Shown piece by piece: positions 31,259 to 40,355 of a stretch of 64,000 bases of DNA. The position numbers and the translations under genes were made by a program. Position 1 is the stretch's first letter. Every line of letters begins with the position of its first letter. The stretch covers positions 6,116 to 70,115 of the forward strand of contig QFPJ01000011.1 in NCBI GenBank assembly GCA_003241685.1, given 5' to 3'. The notes below the pieces were generated by a model. That model was not told the DNA's origin and made no database searches. It was given only the letters and a program-made list of their open reading frames with translations. Origin of the DNA: Sphingopyxis macrogoltabida. GTDB taxonomy: Bacteria; Pseudomonadota; Alphaproteobacteria; Sphingomonadales; Sphingomonadaceae.

Positions 31259-32212
31259 CTAAACGCGCAATTCATCGATCAGTTCCCGCATGTCCTGGGG
31301 GAGTTCGCTGTCGAGCGCGATCCTGTTACCGGTCACCGGATGAATAAAACCCAAATGGGCCGCATGCAATGCCTGACGCGCGAAATTCCGGGCTTTCAGC
31401 AAATCGGACAGCGGCTTTCTGGCGCGTCCATAGACCGGGTCGCCGACCAGCGGGTGCCCGATGTGCGCCATATGGACGCGCACCTGATGCGTGCGGCCGG
31501 TTTCCAGCCGGCATTCGACCAGAGTCGCGCCCTGTAGCGGCTCGATGGTGCGATAGTGGGTGACGGCATGTTTGCCGCGTCCCGCCGCGACGACCGCCAT
31601 TTTCTTGCGGTTGGTCGCGGATCGTCCCAGCGCGGCATCGACGGTGCCGCGCGCGGGCATCGGACGCCCGGTCGCGATCGCCAGATAGCGGCGGTCGATG
31701 CTGTGCGCCGCGAACTGTTTCGCCAGCCCCTCATGCGCCTTGTCATGTTTGGCCGCCACGATCAGCCCGCTGGTGTCCTTGTCGATCCGGTGGACGATAC
31801 CGGGCCGCGCGACGCCGCCGATCCCCGACAATTGCCCCGCGCAGTGGTGCAGCAGCGCATTGACCATCGTGCCGTCCAGATTGCCGGCGGCGGGGTGGAC
31901 GACCATTCCGGCCGGCTTGTCCACGACGATCAGATGTTCGTCCTCATAAGCGACGGCCAGGTCCATATCCTGCGCGGCATTATGGGCCGGGGCGGGGGCG
32001 GGCAGGCGGACCGCCAGCGTTGTGGGCATGGCCTTCGCCGACGGGTCCCACAGGATTTTTCCGGCGGTATCCGACACGCGGCCGCCCTTGATCAGCGTCT
32101 TCAGCCGCTCGCGGGACAGGTCGGGAAGAGCCTCGGCGAGCGCCCGATCCAGCCGAAGCCCGGCCGCGCCGTCCGAAAGCGTCACCGACACGATATCGTC
32201 ATCCCGCTGCAT
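31259..32212 (-). CDS. rluD: RluA-family pseudouridine synthase with S4 domain
   Basis: RLDRAL, KPAGMVVHP, HRIDKDTSG, TGRTHQ, QALHA. Confidence 0.93.
   Translation of the reverse strand: MQRDDDIVSVTLSDGAAGLRLDRALAEALPDLSRERLKTLIKGGRVSDTAGKILWDPSAKAMPTTLAVRLPAPAPAHNAAQDMDLAVAYEDEHLIVVDKPAGMVVHPAAGNLDGTMVNALLHHCAGQLSGIGGVARPGIVHRIDKDTSGLIVAAKHDKAHEGLAKQFAAHSIDRRYLAIATGRPMPARGTVDAALGRSATNRKKMAVVAAGRGKHAVTHYRTIEPLQGATLVECRLETGRTHQVRVHMAHIGHPLVGDPVYGRARKPLSDLLKARNFARQALHAAHLGFIHPVTGNRIALDSELPQDMRELIDELRV
31262..31286 (-). promoter_or_regulatory. EcfG-type promoter in rluD 3' end, directed at rpoH
   Basis: GGAAC-N16-CGTT exact match. Confidence 0.6.
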
Positions 32213-32220
32213 CGCCCATG

Positions 32221-32248
32221 ATGTGGATCGCAAACGGCGTTTTTCAAG
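32221..32248 (-). promoter_or_regulatory. RpoH-type promoter upstream of rluD-rpoH
   Basis: CTTGAA-N16-CCACAT. Confidence 0.55.
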
Positions 32249-32296
32249 TGGCGGCGCGGGGTCGGGACAAGGGGGGCGACGGGAACGCGCTTGCCC

Positions 32297-32304
32297 TTAA
32301 CCAT
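32297..32304 (+). promoter_or_regulatory. CtrA half-site upstream of chpT
   Basis: TTAACCAT in GC-rich context. Confidence 0.5.
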
Positions 32305-32367
32305 GTCTCTCGCCTAGGGAACGGGCGCGAGCCGGAAAGGTCCGGTCTGCGGGGAGCCTGTTGATCC

Positions 32368-33012
32368 ATGACCGACGATCGTGTCGATTTCGCCTCCATG
32401 CTGGCGTCGCGCCTGTGCCACGATCTGCTCAGCCCGGTGGGCGCCTTTGCCAACGGGCTGGAACTGCTTGCCGATGAAAAGGACCCGGACATGCGGGCCC
32501 GCTGTTTCGACCTGCTCGAACAGAGCGCGCGCACATCGGCCAACAAGGTCAAATTCTTTCGCCTGGCGTTCGGCTCGGCGGGCGGTTTTGGCGAGCGTGT
32601 GCCGGCCGATGAGGCAAGGGCGGCGATCGAGGGCATCATCGGCGACCGCGCGATCGACCTGAACTGGATGATCGGCCCGGAGCCGCTGCCGAAGCCGGCC
32701 GTGAAGATCATCCTGAACCTCGCGCTGTTGCTTGTCGATGCGCTGGTGCGGGGCGGACGGCTGGACATCGGTTGCGAGAAGCAGGGCGAGGGCGTGGAAA
32801 TCGCCCTGCATGTCGAGGCGGAACGCATCTTCCTCGATGCCGACGTCGAGCAGGTGCTGGCAAATGGCGAAAGCGCGCGTCCGATGACGTCGCGAACCGC
32901 GCCCGCGGTACTGGTTCAGGCGGTCGCCGCGCAAAACGCCGGGACGGTGATGCTGGCCCGCGAAACGCCGACCTCGCTGCTGGTCGGCGCGGTGCTCGGC
33001 ACGGGCGGTTAG
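32368..33012 (+). CDS. chpT: Histidine phosphotransferase ChpT
   Basis: LASRLCHDLLSPVGA..NGLELL, FFRLAFG. Confidence 0.93.
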   Translation: MTDDRVDFASMLASRLCHDLLSPVGAFANGLELLADEKDPDMRARCFDLLEQSARTSANKVKFFRLAFGSAGGFGERVPADEARAAIEGIIGDRAIDLNWMIGPEPLPKPAVKIILNLALLLVDALVRGGRLDIGCEKQGEGVEIALHVEAERIFLDADVEQVLANGESARPMTSRTAPAVLVQAVAAQNAGTVMLARETPTSLLVGAVLGTGG

Positions 33013-33044
33013 GCGCCCGTCCGCCGCCGAATATAAAGCCCTCC

Positions 33045-33068
33045 TTAACCATTGTCCGCCATGGTGAA
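33045..33068 (+). promoter_or_regulatory. CtrA-like sites upstream of cheA
   Basis: TTAACCAT-N8-ATGGTGAA (imperfect inverted pair). Confidence 0.55.
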
Positions 33069-33100
33069 GCCTCGATTTTTCGGGGCGCACCGGGTATCCA

Positions 33101-35500
33101 ATGGACGATCTGCTTAACGATTTTCTGACCGAAACGGCGGAAATGCTGTCCGATGCCGGCAGCGCGCTGGTGGCGTGGGAAGCCGATCCGTCCGACCGCG
33201 CGCAACTCGACGCGATTTTCCGCCATGTCCATACGATCAAGGGCAGTTCGGGCTTTCTGGCGCTGCCCCGCGTCACCGCGCTGGCCCACGCGGCCGAGGA
33301 TGCGCTCGATCAGGTCCGTCGCGGAACGCGCGACGCCGATGCGGCGCTGGTGACGGCGGTCCTGGGCATCATCGATCGCCTGTCGCATCTGTGCGACAGG
33401 CTGGCCGGCGAAGGCGCCGAACCGGCGGGCGACGACGGCGATGTGATCGCGGCGCTTCGGTCGGCGCCCGAACCCGCCCCCGCTTCGCCGCCGACGGCCG
33501 AGATACCGCTTCGCCGCGAAGACGATCTGAGCGTCGATTCGCAAGGCTGGCGTTCGATCCGCGTCCCGCTGCCACTGCTCGACAGCGTGATGACGGGGGT
33601 CACCGACATCGTGCTGGCGCGCAATGAATTTTCCCGGATGTTGCGCGACAGCGGGGCCAGTGCGTCGCTCGTCGCGTCCTTCGATCGTCTGTCGGATTCG
33701 ATTGCCGGCATGCGCCAGTCGGTCAGCCAGATGCGGATGCAGCGCATCGACAAGCTGTTCGCACCCCTGCCGCGCATCGTCCGCGATCTGGCGCGCGATT
33801 TCGACAAGAAGGTGCGCTTTGTCACCAGCGGCGGCGAGGTCGAACTGGACCGCGAGATGATGGAGAATATCCGCGATCCGCTGATCCACATCGTCCGCAA
33901 CGCGGTCGACCACGGCATCGAACCGCTCGCCGATCGCGTCGCGGCGGGCAAGGACATCACGGCGACCCTGTCGGTATCGGCACGCCAGTCGGGCAACCAG
34001 ATCGAGATAGAGGTCCGCGACGACGGCCGCGGCCTGTCGCCCGACGCGCTGGTCGCGAAGGCGGTGACGGCGCGCGTCATCGGGGCCGCCGAAGCGCGCA
34101 CCCTGTCGGCGGCGGACAAGCTGGACTTGATCTTTCGGCCCGGCTTTTCGACGGCGGCGCGCATTACCGAGATATCGGGCCGCGGCGTCGGGATGGACAT
34201 CGTTCGCGCGAATGTCGAAAAGATCGGCGGCGTCGTCGAACTGCGCAACGACGAAGGCCGCGGCCTGACGATCCTGATGCGCGTGCCCATGACGCTGACG
34301 ATCATTTCCGGGCTGATGGTCCGCGCGGCGGGCCAATATTTTGCCATCCCGCGCGGGTCGGTTCGCGAAATCCTGCTCGAATCGGGCGACAGCGTGCGGA
34401 TCGACCGTGTCGGCGGCGGCGAATTGGCGACGGTGCGCGGCGAGCAATTTCCGTTGCTGCGGCTCGAAGAGGTGTTGGGCCGCGCGCGCGATGACCAGGA
34501 TGACGCCGACGACCGTGCATTGGTGATCGTGCGGCCGGGGCAGGGGCTAAGCTATGCGCTCAGCGTCGCGGCGATCCACGACCATGAGGAACTGGTGATC
34601 AAGCCGGCGGCGCCGATGATCATGGCGACCGGGCTTTATGCCGGTACGACGCTGCCCGATAACGGCCGCCCCGTGCTGTTGCTGGACGTGCAGGGACTGC
34701 TCGCCGTCGCGGCGGTCGACGCCAGCGAGGCCGGGCGCGGCCGCGAAGACCAGGCGGAGGCCGACGCTGATGCCCGAATCTCCCGCAACGCCGCCCAGCT
34801 CCTGCTGTTCCGCGACGTCGACGGCCGTCGGCGCGGGGTGCGGCTGTCGGTCATCGAACGGGTGGAGGAAATCCCCGCTCGCGCGCTGTTCGAAAGCGCG
34901 GGCGCCGTGCAGGTGCAGATCGGCGACGATATCTTCCCCGTCCACGCCGCCCGGCCACCCGAGGGCGACGGCACGGTCAAGCTGCTGCGCCTGCACGACG
35001 GGCGTTCCGTGCTGTGCTATCCGATCGCGGACGTGGTCGATATCGTGCGCATGCCGGACGCCGTCCAGCCGTCGGCGGCGCCGGGACTGGTTGCCGGCGT
35101 GGCTCTGGTCGGCGGCGAGCCGGTCGAACTGATCGATCCCTATTGGTTGATGGAACAATATGGTGCCGGCCGCATCGCCGATGCGCCCGTGCGTCAACCG
35201 CTTTGCCATCTGACCGACGATCATGACGGGTGGGGCGACAATTTCCTGGCGCCGCTTCTGCGCAGCGCCGGATATCGCGTAGCATCGGCCGGCACCGCCG
35301 ATGACGAAGCGCCCGACGTGCTGTTGTCCCTCGCCGACGAAGCCGCCGCGCGATCGTCGATCGCCATCGATGTTCCCGTGATCCGGCTGCGCGCTTCGGT
35401 CGCGGCCGCCGGCCCGGACGATGACACCGTCTATCGCTACGACCGGCAGGCGCTGCTCGATGCGCTGCGGCGCCGGGTCGGGCAGGGAGGCCGCGCATGA
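33101..35500 (+). CDS. cheA: Chemotaxis kinase CheA with extra CheW-like and degenerate REC domains
   Basis: FRHVHTIKG, HIVRNAVDHG, DDGRG, SGRGVGMD. Confidence 0.95.
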   Translation: MDDLLNDFLTETAEMLSDAGSALVAWEADPSDRAQLDAIFRHVHTIKGSSGFLALPRVTALAHAAEDALDQVRRGTRDADAALVTAVLGIIDRLSHLCDRLAGEGAEPAGDDGDVIAALRSAPEPAPASPPTAEIPLRREDDLSVDSQGWRSIRVPLPLLDSVMTGVTDIVLARNEFSRMLRDSGASASLVASFDRLSDSIAGMRQSVSQMRMQRIDKLFAPLPRIVRDLARDFDKKVRFVTSGGEVELDREMMENIRDPLIHIVRNAVDHGIEPLADRVAAGKDITATLSVSARQSGNQIEIEVRDDGRGLSPDALVAKAVTARVIGAAEARTLSAADKLDLIFRPGFSTAARITEISGRGVGMDIVRANVEKIGGVVELRNDEGRGLTILMRVPMTLTIISGLMVRAAGQYFAIPRGSVREILLESGDSVRIDRVGGGELATVRGEQFPLLRLEEVLGRARDDQDDADDRALVIVRPGQGLSYALSVAAIHDHEELVIKPAAPMIMATGLYAGTTLPDNGRPVLLLDVQGLLAVAAVDASEAGRGREDQAEADADARISRNAAQLLLFRDVDGRRRGVRLSVIERVEEIPARALFESAGAVQVQIGDDIFPVHAARPPEGDGTVKLLRLHDGRSVLCYPIADVVDIVRMPDAVQPSAAPGLVAGVALVGGEPVELIDPYWLMEQYGAGRIADAPVRQPLCHLTDDHDGWGDNFLAPLLRSAGYRVASAGTADDEAPDVLLSLADEAAARSSIAIDVPVIRLRASVAAAGPDDDTVYRYDRQALLDALRRRVGQGGRA

Positions 35501-35934
35501 TGGACAAGCTTTATCTCGTCGCGCGGATCGCCGACACGCGGGTCGCGCTGCGCAGCCGGGCGATCAATTCGGTGGTCGCCGTCACGCCGCCTGTCGAGGT
35601 TCCGGGCGCGCCGCCGCACGTCGCGGGGCTTTTCGCGCTGCGCAGCCGCGTTTTCACGCTGATCGATCCGCATGTGGTCGTCGGCCTGCCGCCGGTGCCG
35701 GTCATGGCGGGGCAGCGCGTCATCCTGATCGACGTGGCGGAACATGGCTATGCGTTGCTCGCCGATGCGATCGAGGACGTCTGCTTTATCGACGCGCCCG
35801 AAACGCGCGTGACCGGCCGGCTGCTGCCGGGCTGGGCGCGGGTCGCCGATGCGATGATCGAGCATGAAGGCGCCTCCCTGCTTGTCGTCGATCCGTCGCA
35901 TTTCGTTACCATATCGGCAGCGAAAGCCGCGTGA
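35497..35934 (+). CDS. cheW: CheW
   Basis: VPGAPPHVAGLFALRSRV; che operon position. Confidence 0.88.
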   Translation: MMDKLYLVARIADTRVALRSRAINSVVAVTPPVEVPGAPPHVAGLFALRSRVFTLIDPHVVVGLPPVPVMAGQRVILIDVAEHGYALLADAIEDVCFIDAPETRVTGRLLPGWARVADAMIEHEGASLLVVDPSHFVTISAAKAA

Positions 35935-36011
35935 TGCGGAAATCTGTTAACGGGCTGATCACGCCTTGGTCATACAAGACACCCCTAACCCCGGGGGGCT
36001 GGAGTTAAGAA

Positions 36012-36386
36012 ATGTCGAAATCCTGTCTGGTCGTCGATGACAGCAAGGTCATTCGCAAGGTCGCGCGCCATATCCTTGAAAGCATGGAATTTGCGGTCGA
36101 AGAAGCCGCCGATGGCCAGGAAGCGCTGACCTTCTGCCGCGCCAACCGGCCCGACGTCATCCTGCTCGACTGGAACATGCCGGTGATGAGCGGCATGGAG
36201 TTTCTGGGGGCGTTCAACGACCTGGACTATGGCCATGACGAGCGGCCGCGCGTCGTGTTCTGCACCACCGAAAACAGCATCGATCATATCCGCGCCGCCA
36301 TCGAAGCGGGCGCCGACGAATATGTGATGAAGCCATTCGATCGTGAAACGCTCGAAGGAAAGCTGCAACTCGTCGGCGTCGCCTGA
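36012..36386 (+). CDS. cheY: CheY response regulator
   Basis: VVDDS, LLDWNMP, FCTTEN, MKPF. Confidence 0.92.
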   Translation: MSKSCLVVDDSKVIRKVARHILESMEFAVEEAADGQEALTFCRANRPDVILLDWNMPVMSGMEFLGAFNDLDYGHDERPRVVFCTTENSIDHIRAAIEAGADEYVMKPFDRETLEGKLQLVGVA

Positions 36387-36396
36387 GGCGCGGCGC

Positions 36397-37515
36397 GTGG
36401 CGACCCCGCAACCCCGGCTTTCCGATCCGCCGCCGAGCGACGACCCGCCGTCGGCGCGCGCCGTTCGCGTGATGCTGGTCGATGACAGCCTGGTCGTGCG
36501 CAGCATCCTGGAACGCATCGTCGATCAGACGCCGGGGCTCAGCGTCTGCGCTTCGGTCGCATCGGCGCATGATGCACTTGCCTTCCTTGCGCTGGATCCG
36601 GTCGACGTCGTCGTGCTGGACATCGAAATGCCGGGCATGAACGGCATCGACGCGCTGCCGCATATTCTCGATCGCGCGCAAAATGCCCGGATATTGATCC
36701 TCTCGTCGAACTGCGTCGAAGGCGGCCCGGCCGCGATTGACGCACTGGCGCTCGGCGCGAGCGACACGCTGGCTAAACCCGGACGGGGCAGCTTTTCCGG
36801 TCGCTTCGCGCAGGTTCTGACCGAACGGATATTGTCGCTGGGTCAGCGGCCGATGCTGCACGACACGGCGGCGCGCGCCGGGGGGCGTCCCGTTCATGCG
36901 GCGCCTGTCGTGGCGATCGACACCGACCATCCGATCGAATGCATCGCCGTTGCCGCGTCGACGGGCGGCATCCCGGCCTTCGCTAATTTCCTGGCGCATC
37001 TGGACCCGCGCATGACCGCGCCGATCCTGCTGACGCAGCATCTTCCCGATGCTTTCATGGAATTTTACGCCAAGCAGATCGCGACGATGACGGACCGCCG
37101 CGTGTGTGTCGCGGCGGCGGGAATGAAGGTCGAGCCCGGCCACATCTATCTGGCCCCCGGCGACGCGCACCTGATGGTCATCGCCAATGGCGCGCGGCGC
37201 GAAATCGCACTCGACAGCCACCCGGTCGACAATGGCTGCTGTCCCTCGGCCGACCCGATGCTGGCGTCGGTCGCCGAATCCTATGGCGCGGCCGGCGTCG
37301 CCGTGATCCTGAGCGGGATGGGGCGCGACGGCGCGCAGGGCGCGGGCCGGCTGAAAGCGGCGGGCGGAACGGTCTTTGCCCAGGCGCCCGAAAGCTGCGT
37401 CATCTGGGGCATGCCGGGCGCGGTCGCGAAAGCCGGGATCGCGGCGGCGACGCTGAACCCCGATGCGATCGCGCTGATGCTGGGCAGTTTTCTGCCGGGA
37501 CGGCGGCGGCCGTGA
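36397..37515 (+). CDS. cheB: CheB methylesterase (GTG start inferred)
   Basis: REC (LDIEMP) plus ASTGG, QHLP, GMGRDG, WGMP. Confidence 0.93.
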   Translation: MATPQPRLSDPPPSDDPPSARAVRVMLVDDSLVVRSILERIVDQTPGLSVCASVASAHDALAFLALDPVDVVVLDIEMPGMNGIDALPHILDRAQNARILILSSNCVEGGPAAIDALALGASDTLAKPGRGSFSGRFAQVLTERILSLGQRPMLHDTAARAGGRPVHAAPVVAIDTDHPIECIAVAASTGGIPAFANFLAHLDPRMTAPILLTQHLPDAFMEFYAKQIATMTDRRVCVAAAGMKVEPGHIYLAPGDAHLMVIANGARREIALDSHPVDNGCCPSADPMLASVAESYGAAGVAVILSGMGRDGAQGAGRLKAAGGTVFAQAPESCVIWGMPGAVAKAGIAAATLNPDAIALMLGSFLPGRRRP

Positions 37516-38363
37516 TCGGCGGCACGGCAAGCGAGTCGGCCTATCGCATCCTGATGGGTGTGCTCGAATCGCGAACCGGCCAGACGCTGTCGCCCAACCG
37601 CGTCTGGCGCATCGAAATGTCGCTGAAGCCGGTGATGCAGCGGCACGGCATCGCCGACCTCGACGCGCTCGTCGCCGCGCTCGTCACCTCGAACAGCCGT
37701 CAATTGCTCGACGATACGGTCGACGCGATGTTGAACAACGAAACCTATTTCTATCGTGAACACATCCTGTTCGACGACATTGCAAAGACGGCGCTGGAAT
37801 ATGTGCGGCGTATCAACGCGCACAAGCGGCGGCTCACCATCTGGCATTGCGGCGTGTCGACGGGCCAGGAAGCCTATTCGATGGCGATGCTCCTGGCCGA
37901 ACAGGAGGCCCAGTGGGCCGGGTGGCAGGTCGACATCATCGGCACCGACGTCAGCTATCATGCGATCAGCCGGGCTCGCATCGGCCTTTACAGCCAGTTC
38001 GAGATTCAGCGCGGTTTGCCCGTCCAGCGCATGGTGCGCTGGTTCGACCAGGCCGAGGGCGGTTGGCTGGCCAAGGCGGACCTGCGCCGTCGCATCGATT
38101 TTTCGGTTCAGAACATGTTGATCGACCGGCCGCCGCTGGCAAGTCCGGCCGATCTGATCTTCTGCCGGAACCTGCTGCTCTATTTCGCACGGCCGATGCG
38201 CGAGCGGGCATTTGCCCGGCTGCGGGCGATGGCTGCCCCGCAAAGCTTTCTGGTCCTGGGGGCCGGAGAGACGGTATTGGGCCAGACCGACCAGTTCGTG
38301 TCCAGCCCGCGCCTTCGCGGCCTGTACGAACCCGCGGACCAGCAAGTGCGCCACGCCGCCTGA
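37512..38363 (+). CDS. cheR: CheR methyltransferase (GTG start)
   Basis: NETYFYRE, STGQEAYS, IFCRN; GTGA overlap with cheB. Confidence 0.93.
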   Translation: MIGGTASESAYRILMGVLESRTGQTLSPNRVWRIEMSLKPVMQRHGIADLDALVAALVTSNSRQLLDDTVDAMLNNETYFYREHILFDDIAKTALEYVRRINAHKRRLTIWHCGVSTGQEAYSMAMLLAEQEAQWAGWQVDIIGTDVSYHAISRARIGLYSQFEIQRGLPVQRMVRWFDQAEGGWLAKADLRRRIDFSVQNMLIDRPPLASPADLIFCRNLLLYFARPMRERAFARLRAMAAPQSFLVLGAGETVLGQTDQFVSSPRLRGLYEPADQQVRHAA

Positions 38364-38440
38364 GCTTGCAATTTGCGCCGCGCTGGCGCAGGTGAAAATT
38401 GTTTCCGCACCGGGGCGGAAGGGATGGGACGGCGAACCGA

Positions 38441-39130
38441 ATGACCGCATTTATCGAACGCTGGTCTCCCAATTTCGATGAGCGCGTGCTGCCGGTTTCG
38501 ATGATCGTGCTGCATTATACGGGTATGAAGACCGGCGACGAAGCCATTGACCGGCTTGCCGATCCCGCCGCGAAAGTGTCCGCCCATTATGTCGTCAGCG
38601 AGGATGGCCAGATCACCCATATGGTGTCGGAGGACAAGCGCGCCTGGCACGCCGGGCGGTCGCACTGGCGCGGCATCAGCGACATTAATTCGGCCAGCGT
38701 CGGCATCGAAATCGTCAACCCGGGCCACGAGCACGGCTATGTGCCCTTTCCCGACCCGCAGGTCGCGTCGGTCGTCCGCCTGGTCCATCTGATCAAGGAT
38801 CGTCACGCGGTCACGCGCGGCAATGTCGTCGGCCATTCGGACATCGCCCCGACGCGCAAGCAGGACCCGGGGGAGCTTTTCCCGTGGGGCGAACTGGCGC
38901 GCCGCCGCCTCGCGCTGCCGCGCCCGACGAAGAAGCTGACCGATCCCTTGTGGACCGACGCGGGCTTCCTGCTCGCGCTCGAACGCTTCGGCTATGACGT
39001 GACCGATGGTTTCGCGGCGACGGTGGCGTTCCAGCGGCGGTTCCGGCCCGAACTGATCGACGGGACGATCGATGGCGAATGCCGCGCCATCCTGCTGGCG
39101 CTGCTGCTGCCGCAACCCGAGGGCGATTGA
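38441..39130 (+). CDS. N-acetylmuramoyl-L-alanine amidase (Amidase_2, AmiD-like)
   Basis: LHYT, SAHY, AWHAG, GIEI, GHSD, RKQDPG, AFQRRFR. Confidence 0.92.
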   Translation: MTAFIERWSPNFDERVLPVSMIVLHYTGMKTGDEAIDRLADPAAKVSAHYVVSEDGQITHMVSEDKRAWHAGRSHWRGISDINSASVGIEIVNPGHEHGYVPFPDPQVASVVRLVHLIKDRHAVTRGNVVGHSDIAPTRKQDPGELFPWGELARRRLALPRPTKKLTDPLWTDAGFLLALERFGYDVTDGFAATVAFQRRFRPELIDGTIDGECRAILLALLLPQPEGD

Positions 39131-39196
39131 ACGCCCGATCCGGCCGGTGCGAAGGGATCGCTGGCTTCGACGACGATTTCGACCTATAGCGACGCC

Positions 39197-39581
39197 GCCA
39201 GAGGGTCGGGCGATCGCCGCTTCGCGTCAGCGAAGGGGAGGAAAGTCCGGGCTCCACGGAAACCACGGTGCCGGATAACGTCCGGCGGCCCTCGCAAGAG
39301 GGTCAGGGAAAGTGCCACAGAGAGCAGACCGCCAAAGGCTTCGGCCCGGCGAAAGGTGAAAGGGTGCGGTAAGAGCGCACCGCGCGGACGGTAACGGACG
39401 CGGCACGGCAAACCCCACCGGGAGCAAGGTCGAATAGGGATGGCACGGATTTATCCAGGGCTGGTTCCGGCCCCGCCGTCCGGGTTGACTGCTTGAGCGT
39501 TCGGGTAACCGTTCGCCTAGAGGAATGATCGCCCATCCCCGGCGACGGGGTGGACAGAACCCGGCTTACAGACCCTCTGGC
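39197..39581 (+). ncRNA. rnpB: RNase P RNA, type A
   Basis: GAGGAAAGTCCGGGC, GAAAGTGCCACAG, ACAGAACCCGGCTTAC; P1 pairing GCCAGAGGGTC/GACCCTCTGGC. Confidence 0.97.
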
Positions 39582-39603
39582 GCTCCTTCGCCGCCGCCCG
39601 GGC

Positions 39604-39628
39604 GGAACCGCAGCCAACGGCCCGCGTT
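39604..39628 (+). promoter_or_regulatory. EcfG-type promoter
   Basis: GGAAC-N16-CGTT exact match, 32 bp before ATG 39661. Confidence 0.7.
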
Positions 39629-39660
39629 TCAGCCATATTCCACAGAAAGGGAGACGCGCC

Positions 39661-39816
39661 ATGAAGGTCGTCGATGAACATGTCGAAGTGACCGAAACCG
39701 AAGCGAGCGGGGGCATAAAGGGTCAGGGGATGCGCTATGTCCTGGGCGCGTCGCTATTGCTGGCCGTGATCGTGCTGTCGGTCGTGTGGATCATTCCGGC
39801 CCTGTTGCAGCCATAG
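39661..39816 (+). CDS. 51-aa single-TM small protein
   Basis: SD GGGAG; TETEASGG...MRYVL followed by TM helix. Confidence 0.75.
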   Translation: MKVVDEHVEVTETEASGGIKGQGMRYVLGASLLLAVIVLSVVWIIPALLQP

Positions 39817-39831
39817 GGTTGCAGCCATAGG
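39804..39831 (+). repeat. Perfect 14-bp tandem duplication
   Basis: GTTGCAGCCATAGG x2 spanning the stop codon. Confidence 0.9.
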
Positions 39832-39867
39832 GCCCCGGCCCCGCCGCCGCGATACGACCGGACGCGA

Positions 39868-40350
39868 TCACGGATAGTCGACGGTCATCACTTCCCATTC
39901 CTTGGCGCCGCCGGGCAATTGGACGGTTCTAAGATCGCCGACAGCGGCGCCGCGCAGCGCGCGGGCCAGCGGGCTGTTCCATCCGATCCGCCCGGCCCCG
40001 GCGTCGGCCTCGTCATCGCCGACCAGCGTGACCGTGCGGCGCCGGTCGTCATCGTCGGCCAGTTCGACGGTGGCGCCGAACCAGATGCGGCCCTTGTCGG
40101 TCTGTGCCGCCGGATCGACGACGCGTGCCGCCTTCATCCGGCGCGCCAGAAACCCCAGCCGCCGGTCGATTTCGCGCAACCGCTTGCGACCATAGATATA
40201 ATCGCCATTCTCGCTGCGATCGCCGTTGCCCGCCGCCCAACTGATCACCTCGACCAGTTTCGGCCGCTCCCCGCCCAGCAGCGCGTCATATTCGGCGCGC
40301 AGCGCCGCAAAGCCCGCGGGGCTGATGATGTTGGTCCGCTCCCCCGCCAC
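39868..40350 (-). CDS. greB: Transcription elongation factor GreB (GTG start)
   Basis: WAAGNGDRSENGDYIYGRKRLREIDRR, SPLARAL. Confidence 0.95.
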   Translation of the reverse strand: MAGERTNIISPAGFAALRAEYDALLGGERPKLVEVISWAAGNGDRSENGDYIYGRKRLREIDRRLGFLARRMKAARVVDPAAQTDKGRIWFGATVELADDDDRRRTVTLVGDDEADAGAGRIGWNSPLARALRGAAVGDLRTVQLPGGAKEWEVMTVDYP

Positions 40351-40355
40351 CGGGC

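Noticed and set aside
39184..39716. ORFs across the rnpB region
   Set aside because: Region is RNase P RNA
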